From the IMG/VR virus record IMGVR_UViG_3300012940_000056, positions 1-36,786 of that record: a DNA stretch of 36,786 nt. One strand, 5' to 3'. The notes below the pieces were generated by a model. That model was given only the letters and a program-made list of their open reading frames with translations, made no database searches and was not told the DNA's origin. Shown piece by piece: positions 1-7,394 of the stretch. The position numbers and the translations under genes were made by a program. Positions within the stretch are counted from its first letter, which is position 1; each line of letters begins with the position of its first letter. The DNA comes from a virus. Lineage: Duplodnaviria > Caudoviricetes.

Positions 1-57
1 ACCTACCGCTGGCTCAAGAAGAACGCCGCGCTCGCCAATCGTGGAGGGAAGAAGTGA
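1..57 (+). CDS. 3' end of an upstream CDS (partial; ...TYRWLKKNAALANRGGKK*)
   Basis: Frame 1 is open to TGA at 55-57, which overlaps the GTG start of the next gene (GTGA coupling). Confidence 0.55.
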   Translation, partial: TYRWLKKNAALANRGGKK

Positions 58-308
58 GCGACAAGATTCGGAACCTCGTGCGGTGGGAGTCCACCGACGC
101 GCTCGCCCTTGTCGAGCAGCTTCGAGAGAAGGTCATCGACGCGCAGAAGCGCGGGCTCACCATCGGTGTTGTGACGTGCTTCATTCACGCCGCTGAAGAC
201 GGCCGTGCGTATGAGGTCGGCGTCTCCACACTCCCGGTGGAAGTGTCGTTTTGGGCGGCGAAGGAAATCGCCAAGAAGGTCGAAGAGCTGCAAGCGAGGG
301 GCGCATGA
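54..308 (+). CDS. hypothetical phage protein (84 aa)
   Basis: GGAGG RBS upstream of GTG; ATGA overlap with the next gene; codon usage typical of the window. Confidence 0.75.
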   Translation: MSDKIRNLVRWESTDALALVEQLREKVIDAQKRGLTIGVVTCFIHAAEDGRAYEVGVSTLPVEVSFWAAKEIAKKVEELQARGA

Positions 309-679
309 GCACTGTTTCCCACTTGATTCGTCAGATCAGGGCGCTCCCCTACTCCGACATGATGATGGTCGCCAACGAGATTCGCGACCGCATCCACGGG
401 CTGACCGAGCACCGCATTGAAGCCGTCGTGCTCGCCGATATTCTCAGCAGGCTTCAGGAAAGCGAAGTCCCGATCTCCGAGCAGACTGCCGAGGAAGAGA
501 AGGTCCTCAAGGAAATCTTCCGCATCAAGCGGACCATCTCCGTCTCCAAGCAGGGACCGGGGTGGGCTATTGACATCCCAACCGTGCCGGGCTCGCAGGT
601 GCTCGGCAAGGAACTTCGGGGCATGTTCCCGATGATGTTGGATCAAATCATCACCTTGCACGTTCTGACTAAGAAGTAA
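305..679 (+). CDS. hypothetical phage protein (124 aa, MSTVSHLIRQ...)
   Basis: ATG at 305 overlaps the previous stop and follows GAGGGG; within track ORF 251..679. Confidence 0.75.
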   Translation: MSTVSHLIRQIRALPYSDMMMVANEIRDRIHGLTEHRIEAVVLADILSRLQESEVPISEQTAEEEKVLKEIFRIKRTISVSKQGPGWAIDIPTVPGSQVLGKELRGMFPMMLDQIITLHVLTKK

Positions 680-689
680 AGAGGCACAC

Positions 690-893
690 ATGGCACGCGA
701 AAACGCACCGACTCCGGCAGGTCTCGCTCATCATTACACGCACGTCGTGGTTGCGCTCAACGAGACGCGCAAGGGCTCGCCCGAAGGCGAGACCACGCAG
801 GCGATCGACAACACCATCAAGGGTGTTTGCGGCCTCATCGATGTCCTCGTCGCCAAGGAGCACAAGGATCAGGCCGACGTGGGAGCGCACTGA
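690..893 (+). CDS. hypothetical phage protein (67 aa)
   Basis: AGAGG RBS; TGATG coupling to the next gene. Confidence 0.7.
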   Translation: MARENAPTPAGLAHHYTHVVVALNETRKGSPEGETTQAIDNTIKGVCGLIDVLVAKEHKDQADVGAH

Positions 894-1234
894 TGGACCT
901 TCACGCGCGCATCCGGGCAGCACAGATCAACGCGGGTGAGATGGCTGTGTGTCACGACCTGCACGAACGCGAGCTGCGTGATCCGCAGTCCTGCCCGGTG
1001 TGCGCGGAGAAGTTCAAGCAGGCGACGCTCGACACTTCGACGAATCCGATTGCCATCACGCTCGAAGACAAGCTCGGCGCGATGGTCTGGTATCTCGAAG
1101 AGATTCGCCGCTGCCGTCGTAGTGCGGACCCGATCGCTTTCGAAAGCTACCTCGACGATCCCGAGGTCGCGCGCTGGCTCGACCAGCTCAACAAGAAGGG
1201 TCGTATCAAGAACACAAGGTTCACTGGCAAGTAA
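893..1234 (+). CDS. hypothetical phage protein (113 aa) with CHDLH and CPVC, possible Zn-binding motif
   Basis: ATG at 893 coupled to the previous stop; GGGAG upstream; CxxxH...CxxC. Confidence 0.7.
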   Translation: MDLHARIRAAQINAGEMAVCHDLHERELRDPQSCPVCAEKFKQATLDTSTNPIAITLEDKLGAMVWYLEEIRRCRRSADPIAFESYLDDPEVARWLDQLNKKGRIKNTRFTGK

Positions 1235-1249
1235 CCTCGTGAGGTAGAC

Positions 1250-1423
1250 ATGGCAAGGCAGACGATTGGCGGTCCACGCAGGCATGTGATCCTGTCGAAG
1301 CCGCAAGACGAAAAGCTCGTGAAGCTGGCTAAAAAGACCGGCCTCACGCCTTCGGAGCATATCCGACGCGCGATCGACACGTACTTTCGCGCGCTGGAAC
1401 TGGCTGAGAAGAGGGTGTCATGA
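1250..1423 (+). CDS. ribbon-helix-helix (CopG/Arc-like) DNA-binding protein, 57 aa
   Basis: Not in the ORF track (<60 aa). GAGGT RBS; MARQTIGGPRRHVILSKPQDEKLVKLAKKTGLTPSEHIRRAIDTYF fits the RHH pattern (strand, L..LA...G...SE.IR.AI..Y). Confidence 0.75.
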   Translation: MARQTIGGPRRHVILSKPQDEKLVKLAKKTGLTPSEHIRRAIDTYFRALELAEKRVS

Positions 1424-1728
1424 CGAACGTGAATCAAGTGTGGGGGACATGTATCGGCGCAGCAGTCGCCGCGCTCAAAGCGGGGCATCGTGTCAGGCGT
1501 GCCGGCTGGAACGGCAAGGGTATGTGGCTGTCGCTGACGCCGGGCAATGTCATTCCGGCGCACAATTTCTGGTCGCCACACAATCGCGACTTCGCGGAAA
1601 CGCGCCACGACAAGCACGCCGAAGTTTTGCCGTATGTGACCATGAAGACGGCGGACGACAAGATCGTGCCGTGGCTGTGCTCACAGACCGATCTGCTGGC
1701 GACTGATTGGGAGGTTCTGCCGCAATGA
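1420..1728 (+). CDS. DUF2829 / Thoeris anti-defence Tad2-like protein
   Basis: Characteristic ALKAG.RV.R.GWNGKGMWL ... PY..MKT.D...VPWL.SQTDLLA.DWE pattern. Confidence 0.8.
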   Translation: MTNVNQVWGTCIGAAVAALKAGHRVRRAGWNGKGMWLSLTPGNVIPAHNFWSPHNRDFAETRHDKHAEVLPYVTMKTADDKIVPWLCSQTDLLATDWEVLPQ

Positions 1729-1895
1729 GCCAACGTGATCCGGAACAGAGGCGCGACGATGAAATCCTTCGTCGCTTGATGGTGGCGTTCTTCCTTCACG
1801 CGAAGATCAGCTCCGGCAAGTTCGGAATGGTCGATCAGGAAGTGAAGTTCGCGCGCGAGTTGGCGAATGCAGCCATGAAGGAACCCAAGGGATGA
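1725..1895 (+). CDS. hypothetical phage protein (56 aa, MSQRDPEQRR...)
   Basis: GGAGG upstream; ATGA overlaps at both ends. Confidence 0.6.
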   Translation: MSQRDPEQRRDDEILRRLMVAFFLHAKISSGKFGMVDQEVKFARELANAAMKEPKG

Positions 1896-2575
1896 AAATC
1901 AGTGTGCTTGATTCCGGCTTTGTCCGGCTAGTCGATGCGATGGGCACCGACTTGTCCGTCGTGCGTGCAGCACGTGTTTCCTACGACGCCGACTGGCGGG
2001 CAGGCTCAGACACCGGCTCCGACGAGCGGCTGATCGCGTATCTCATGGAGCACAAGCACTCCACGCCGTTCGAGGCTGTGTGTTTCACCTTCGAGGTCAA
2101 GGCACCGATCTTCATCTTCCGTCAGTGGCACCGCCATCGCACGTGGAGTTACAACGAAGTGTCGGCGCGGTACACCGAGCTGGACGAGGGCTACTACCTG
2201 CCGTCGCCGGACAAAATCGGCCTGCAGTCCAAGACCAACAAGCAGGTGCGCGACATCCCGATCGAGGGGCAGCCCACCGACGCGCAGGTCAAGGCCGCAC
2301 ACCTGATCGGCACGACGTGTGAGGCGGCGTTCAGCTCCTACAAGGCGCTGCTCGAAGCAGGCGTGCCGCGTGAGATCGCGCGCAGCGTCCTGCCGGTGGC
2401 GACGTATTCACGGATGTTTGCGACGGTGAACCTGCACAACCTGATGCACTTCCTTCGCCTGCGGATGCACTCGCACGCGCAGTGGGAGATCAGGCAGTAT
2501 GCGAATGCGCTTTGCGATCTCGCGGGCTCGATCTGTCCCGTAACGATTCGCGAGTTCCGCAAGAGCCTCGAATAA
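1892..2575 (+). CDS. thyX: FAD-dependent thymidylate synthase
   Basis: AARVSY, H.TPFE, ThyX motif RQWHRHRTWSYNEVSARY, RE.AR.VLP, NL..FL.LR...HAQWEIR. Confidence 0.95.
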   Translation: MKISVLDSGFVRLVDAMGTDLSVVRAARVSYDADWRAGSDTGSDERLIAYLMEHKHSTPFEAVCFTFEVKAPIFIFRQWHRHRTWSYNEVSARYTELDEGYYLPSPDKIGLQSKTNKQVRDIPIEGQPTDAQVKAAHLIGTTCEAAFSSYKALLEAGVPREIARSVLPVATYSRMFATVNLHNLMHFLRLRMHSHAQWEIRQYANALCDLAGSICPVTIREFRKSLE

Positions 2576-2599
2576 AAAGAGCCCCGCAGGTGCGGGGCT
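2574..2599 (-). terminator. intrinsic terminator, minus-strand polarity (possibly bidirectional)
   Basis: 8-bp stem AGCCCCGC-AGGT-GCGGGGCT (2580-2599) with an A5 tract on its left (2574-2578), which gives a U-tract on the minus strand. Confidence 0.7.
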
Positions 2600-2645
2600 A
2601 CAAGTTCGAGTCAAGGAACACAAAGGCGGGGGTCAATGTAGCACG

Positions 2646-3323
2646 ATGAACACGTATCCGAAAGTCGTGGACGAGAATCGCACTCTCGACGCGGTGCTTG
2701 CAGGCAAGTCGATCACACGGTACGGCGACGGAGAATTCCGGCTCGCAATGGGCGGCGCGAAGAACGTGTCGCAAATCGCGGACCCGACTTTGAAGCGCGA
2801 GCTGTGTGAAATCCTTGTTACACCACAGACGTTCTGTCTGGTCGCTATTCCAGACATGAATCCTCAGTCTCCGAAGTGGTGGTTTTGGGGGAAGTATCAA
2901 AACAAGTACCCTCGCATGCTCAGCGATCAGTTGACCTACTACTCGCAGTTCATCACACGACCGGACTCGGCTCCAGCAATCGATGTTCCTGAGTTCTACG
3001 ATCGCATGGAGAATCTGTGGCGCGATCAGGAAGTCGTGCTCGTGCGGGGTTCCGAGCGCTCGCTTGTCGAGGGCCGGGAGCCCATGAGCAGCGCCAGACT
3101 AGTTCACACGGTCATGTGCGCGCGACGCGATGCGTATGCCGAGATTGATCGTGTCGAGAAAGACGTTCTCGCACTAAACGTCAATCGTGTGCTGCTTTGC
3201 GCAGGCGCGATGGCAACTGTGTTGGCGTATCGGCTCGCGAAGAAGGGGCTGCACGCGATCGACCTCGGGCACATTGGCTATCTCTGGAGGTTATATAAAA
3301 ACCTCAAAGGAGTGTTCATGTAG
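2646..3323 (+). CDS. GT-D fold (DUF1792) glycosyltransferase
   Basis: SITRYGDGEF near the N-terminus, FITRP, LLCAG..ATVLAY.L...G..AIDLGH near the C-terminus. Confidence 0.85.
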   Translation: MNTYPKVVDENRTLDAVLAGKSITRYGDGEFRLAMGGAKNVSQIADPTLKRELCEILVTPQTFCLVAIPDMNPQSPKWWFWGKYQNKYPRMLSDQLTYYSQFITRPDSAPAIDVPEFYDRMENLWRDQEVVLVRGSERSLVEGREPMSSARLVHTVMCARRDAYAEIDRVEKDVLALNVNRVLLCAGAMATVLAYRLAKKGLHAIDLGHIGYLWRLYKNLKGVFM

Positions 3324-3392
3324 GTCCACAACCAAAGGAGAAGTAAGGTGATCCGGTGATCGAGGCGGTGCCGTTTCAAGTGTAGCGCCCAT

Positions 3393-3422
3393 AGAGGCGA
3401 GGAAGACTTCCTCGCCTCTTTT
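3393..3422 (+). terminator. intrinsic terminator/attenuator-like hairpin
   Basis: 12-bp perfect stem AGAGGCGAGGAA-GAC-TTCCTCGCCTCT followed by TTT. Confidence 0.65.
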
Positions 3423-3434
3423 CTGGAGTAGAGC

Positions 3435-4088
3435 ATGCAAGCCGTAAACAACAAGCAGATGCAGCAGCCGCAAATCGCGTTCCATGAACCCTCCGGCCTC
3501 TGGTGGCCGACCGACTGCAATCCCGACGCCGGCTTCGAGTACATGATCCGTCGCGTGACGGACATCGACCTTGCCATTCGCCACTGCCGGAAGACGGCGG
3601 TCGCGGTGCAGGCCGGAGGCAATATCGGCATGTGGCCGCTGCGCCTCGCGAAGTTCTTCTCGACCGTCCACACCTTCGAGCCGGTGCCGGTCATCTACGG
3701 CGCTCTGTGCACGAATGTCAGGGGCGTCCCCGGCATCATCGCGCACAACAAGTTGTTGTCCAACAAAAAGGGCGAGATCATCCCATTCAGCATTCGATCG
3801 GGAGGCGTTTCCCGCGTGGTTGGGGAAGTGTCTGAGGCCAATAGCTCATTCACATCCACAACGATCGATGCACTGGAGCTGCCTGCCTGCGATGCGCTCT
3901 TCCTCGACGTGGAAGGGCACGAGCTGGCCGCTCTGGAGGGCGCGGCGCGGACGATTCAGCAGTTCAGGCCCGTCATCACGGTCGAAGTGTGGGAGGCGAA
4001 CGCGACCATGTACCAACACTTCTTCGACGGACTTCGCTACGAGCGCGTGGCGAAGGTGCATGGCGACTACATTTTTGCCCCACGCTGA
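3435..4088 (+). CDS. FkbM-family SAM-dependent methyltransferase
   Basis: VQAGGNIG, TFEP, TID, LFLDVEGHE..AL.GA..TI...RPVI.VE; GGAG RBS. Confidence 0.85.
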   Translation: MQAVNNKQMQQPQIAFHEPSGLWWPTDCNPDAGFEYMIRRVTDIDLAIRHCRKTAVAVQAGGNIGMWPLRLAKFFSTVHTFEPVPVIYGALCTNVRGVPGIIAHNKLLSNKKGEIIPFSIRSGGVSRVVGEVSEANSSFTSTTIDALELPACDALFLDVEGHELAALEGAARTIQQFRPVITVEVWEANATMYQHFFDGLRYERVAKVHGDYIFAPR

Positions 4089-4099
4089 AGGAGAAGACG

Positions 4100-4657
4100 A
4101 TGATGCCAACACGTGACGGTGAGATCGAGAAGTACGCCGGGCTCTACAAGAGCGAGCGCTACCGGATGGGCGAAGAGCGGAAGCGCAACAGCAGCGACGC
4201 TCTTCGTGAGTTCAAGGCGCAGCATCAGAGTTATCTCGATGTCGGTGCCGGACGCGGCGAAATGCTCGACTTCGCCGTCACGTTAGGCTTCACACAGGTG
4301 ATGGGGACTGAAGTAGTCCCCGCTCTCCTGAAAAACCCTCGAATGCGTCAGGCGGAAGCGCATGCACTGCCGTTCAAGACGGCTACATGGGATGTGGTGA
4401 GTTGCTTCGATGTATTGGAGCATCTTGTTCCCGCAGACGTAACCCCTGCGATCGACGAGCTGTTCCGTGTAGCACGGCATGTCGTGATCGTCTCCGCCGC
4501 CTCTGATTCGCAGCGGGTCGGCGGTGTCGAACATCATATTTCGAGACGCCCACTTCCTGAGTGGGAGAAGCTGATCGTCTCGCGTGGTGTTGGCTGGCGC
4601 TTCGCCGGATCACGCCCCTGCCGGAAAGGTTCGTTGATCTGGCAGTTCACAAAATGA
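4100..4657 (+). CDS. class I SAM-dependent methyltransferase
   Basis: AAGGAG RBS; YLDVGAGRG motif I, LPF...WDVVSCFDVLEH. Confidence 0.85.
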   Translation: MMPTRDGEIEKYAGLYKSERYRMGEERKRNSSDALREFKAQHQSYLDVGAGRGEMLDFAVTLGFTQVMGTEVVPALLKNPRMRQAEAHALPFKTATWDVVSCFDVLEHLVPADVTPAIDELFRVARHVVIVSAASDSQRVGGVEHHISRRPLPEWEKLIVSRGVGWRFAGSRPCRKGSLIWQFTK

Positions 4658-5259
4658 TCATCGACAAGAAACACTTTGCGTATCTCGTCAACCAACACGG
4701 GAGGGTTGCACATGAGCGCGACGACTTTGCCCGCTGGAAGCAAGCATATGAAGCCTCGCTTCTGGCGCAGTATCTTAGCGTCCAGTCTGTTCTTCCTTCT
4801 CAGTGTGGCAGCGTTCTTGATATCGGCAGTGGCTTGGGGGGGATTGATATTCATCTGTCTCGCCATTACGGCAGTCAAGCCCATGTTTGCCTCTTAGACG
4901 GTGACAATAACGACCCCGAAGTGAAGTGGAGCTTCGAGCCACACAACAGCATGGCGGTGGCGTTCGACTTCCTTCACAAGAACGGTGTGACGAATGTCAG
5001 CAGCGTCGGGCCGGGCCAGCTCAACACGCGCGCGAAGGGGGAGTTCGATCTCGTCGTGAGCTTCGCTGCGTACGCATTTCACATTCATCCGGGGAATTAT
5101 CTTGCTGACCTGAAACATGTGTGCCATGCGAACACCGTGTTGATCTTCGATGTTCGCCGTACGAAGGTGGATTGGCTGCGCGATCTCGTCGATGCGTTCG
5201 GCGTCCCGAAAGTCATCGAGAAAGCAGAAAAGTACACGAGGGTGGCGTTCCGTGCGTGA
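4654..5259 (+). CDS. class I SAM-dependent methyltransferase
   Basis: ATGA coupling; VLDIGSGLGG motif I, LLD, FDLVVSF.AY.FH. Confidence 0.8.
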   Translation: MIIDKKHFAYLVNQHGRVAHERDDFARWKQAYEASLLAQYLSVQSVLPSQCGSVLDIGSGLGGIDIHLSRHYGSQAHVCLLDGDNNDPEVKWSFEPHNSMAVAFDFLHKNGVTNVSSVGPGQLNTRAKGEFDLVVSFAAYAFHIHPGNYLADLKHVCHANTVLIFDVRRTKVDWLRDLVDAFGVPKVIEKAEKYTRVAFRA

Positions 5260-5866
5260 TGTGATTGTTCTCGGCGGGGGTGCGTCGGTCATGCAATACA
5301 ATCTGCGTGACCTCGAACATCGTGGGTATTTGATCGCAGTGAACGATGCGGCGCTCTATACCAAGTGCCACATCGCATTCACGATGGATCGCTTATGGCT
5401 TGAAGGTCGGCAGCTCATGCTGAAGGTGCTTCAGCCGCCCGAAGTCTGGTATCGCAAGGGAACGCCGAAGAATTTCGAGCCTCCGTACACGTGGAACGCG
5501 TATACGCACGATGAAGGCTACCCCACGCTGATGACCAAAGAGCATGGCAAGCTCAACGGCAGTAACTCTGGCACTTGTGCTGTGAATCGCGCTTTCCAGT
5601 TGCGGCCGGAGCGTGTGTTCCTGCTCGGCTTCGACATGCAGCGTGGCCCGAAGAGTGAGAAGCACTGGTATCCCGATTATCCGTGGGCAGCCGACGAGAA
5701 GAGCGGCACGAAGCGCGGTACGTATAACGAGTGGTCACAAGAATTCGCCGACATCGCGATGCAGTTCAGCCGCGAAAACATCGAAGTGTTCAACGTGAAT
5801 CATAGGAGTCTGATCGAAGCGTTCCCTGTGATCAGCTTCGACGAGTTTGTGAGGATGACGAAATGA
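5252..5866 (+). CDS. putative glycosyltransferase of the sialyltransferase-like / DUF115 (Maf, MptE-like) Rossmann fold
   Basis: GTG start overlapping the previous stop; VIVLGGGAS, IAVND, NSG..A...A, VFLLGFDM, HWY, V.NVN..S.I.AFP. Confidence 0.65.
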   Translation: MRDVIVLGGGASVMQYNLRDLEHRGYLIAVNDAALYTKCHIAFTMDRLWLEGRQLMLKVLQPPEVWYRKGTPKNFEPPYTWNAYTHDEGYPTLMTKEHGKLNGSNSGTCAVNRAFQLRPERVFLLGFDMQRGPKSEKHWYPDYPWAADEKSGTKRGTYNEWSQEFADIAMQFSRENIEVFNVNHRSLIEAFPVISFDEFVRMTK

Positions 5867-6615
5867 GCGAGATCACTCCCTGCCGGTTCATCTACCCGTA
5901 CTACAACAATCCGCAGATGCTGAAGATGCAGGTGGAGAACTGGAGCCGCTTCGAAGGCGCGCTCCGTGACGCCATCCGCATCATCGTGATCGATGATCAC
6001 TCGAAAGTGTCGCCCGTGCCGATCTTGGAGAAGTGCAAGGCGGCGGTTCACTGCTACCGGCTCGCGACCGACTGGCCGTGGAACATGCACGAGGCGCGCA
6101 ACATCGGCGCGAAGGTCGCATCGAAGCCGAGCGAGAACTACTGGATGTTCATGAGCGACATCGACATCATGATCACGCCCGAGATGGCGTACACGATGCT
6201 CACGAAGAAGCTCGATCCGGGCCGGCACTACACCTTCGAGCGCGTCTTCGCTCCCGAGATGAAGGAGCGCAAGGTTCATCCCAACACGTTCCTTGTGAAG
6301 CACAACGTGTTCTGGCAGGTGAACGGGTATGACCTCGACCTCACACCGATCGGTGGCGGAGGCTACGGCGGCGACAACCAATTCATGCGGCAGCTCGGTG
6401 CGATTGCGCCGCGTGTTCATATGGAGGAAGTCGTGCTGATCGGGTATGGCCGTCGCGAGCGCAGCGGCGAGCCCGTCATCCCCGATGCTGACACGAAAGA
6501 CCTCGATCGCGAGTTCTGGCATCGCAAGTATGTCGAGGCGCTTCACCGCAAGAAGAAGTCAGGGGACATGCGCTCGCTTGCCCCCATTCGTACTGCTTAC
6601 ACGAGGACCCTGTGA
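5863..6615 (+). CDS. GT-A fold glycosyltransferase (GT2/GT7-like)
   Basis: PYYN, IIVIDDHS, ARNIG, SDID (DxD), VNGYD, GYGGD. Confidence 0.8.
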   Translation: MSEITPCRFIYPYYNNPQMLKMQVENWSRFEGALRDAIRIIVIDDHSKVSPVPILEKCKAAVHCYRLATDWPWNMHEARNIGAKVASKPSENYWMFMSDIDIMITPEMAYTMLTKKLDPGRHYTFERVFAPEMKERKVHPNTFLVKHNVFWQVNGYDLDLTPIGGGGYGGDNQFMRQLGAIAPRVHMEEVVLIGYGRRERSGEPVIPDADTKDLDREFWHRKYVEALHRKKKSGDMRSLAPIRTAYTRTL

Positions 6616-7394
6616 TGCTCGACGTGATCTGCTGGCTGTGGCGTCCGACACGGACCTACCGATCGCAGTTCTCGCCGCGACACGTGAACGCTCTTCGCGA
6701 GATGGTGGCGCGACATTATCCGCACCCGCATCGTTTCTCGTGCATCACGGATCAGACTGAAGGATTTGATCCCGAGGTTCGTATCCTTCCGCTGTGGGAC
6801 GATCATCGCTCGCGGCAATCGATCTACGGGCCTGACACTCCCGCCTGCTATCCGCGCCTGAAGGCATTCTCGAAAGAGATGCGCGAGTTCATCGGCCCGA
6901 GGTTCATTTCCCTCGACCTCGATGTCTGCATCGTTCGTGATGTGACTCCGATCTTCAACCGCACCGAAGACTTCCTCATTTGGGGCGTGCGCGGCCGGCG
7001 CACTCCGTGGAACGGCTCGATGTGGATGATGAACGCAGGCGCGCGTGAGCACGTGTGGACGCGCTTCAACGACAATCCCGAGAAAGCAGTCTCGCGTGCG
7101 CGCGGCGCTGGATTCTACGGCTCGGATCAGGCGTGGATGAACTACGTGCTCGGCCCGAACGAGAACTGCTGGAGCGATGCGGACGGTGTGTACTCGTTTC
7201 GCATGAACATCAAGCCGAATCGCGGGCATCTACCCAACGATGCGCGCATCGTGTTCTTCGAGGGTCATTACGATCCGTGGAATCCAGTCACGCAGCAGCA
7301 CTGCCCGTGGCTCAAGGATCACTACCCGCTGCTCAGGTCCAACCAGCAGCACTCGGTGCCGGACGCCGCTGTCGAGGCCGCGAGTCCATCATGA
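6615..7394 (+). CDS. GT-A fold glycosyltransferase (GT8-like)
   Basis: TGATG coupling (alternative GTG start at 6612); F.CITD, SLDLD (DxD), NGSM, GSDQ.W, IVFFEG..DPW. Confidence 0.75.
   Translation: MLDVICWLWRPTRTYRSQFSPRHVNALREMVARHYPHPHRFSCITDQTEGFDPEVRILPLWDDHRSRQSIYGPDTPACYPRLKAFSKEMREFIGPRFISLDLDVCIVRDVTPIFNRTEDFLIWGVRGRRTPWNGSMWMMNAGAREHVWTRFNDNPEKAVSRARGAGFYGSDQAWMNYVLGPNENCWSDADGVYSFRMNIKPNRGHLPNDARIVFFEGHYDPWNPVTQQHCPWLKDHYPLLRSNQQHSVPDAAVEAASPS

Noticed and set aside
1892-2575. thyX as a base-modifying (hydroxymethylase) primer for the GT cluster
   Set aside because: It looks like a canonical ThyX, known phage hydroxymethylases are ThyA-like, and a hairpin separates it from the cluster. 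Not supportable from sequence, though not strictly excluded.
2600-2625. GTTCGAGTC resembling a tRNA T-loop
   Set aside because: No T-stem, acceptor stem or anticodon arm can be formed around it.
2646-7394. gtrABC-type serotype conversion cassette
   Set aside because: No small flippase, no TM-anchored bactoprenol GT and no multi-TM transferase.
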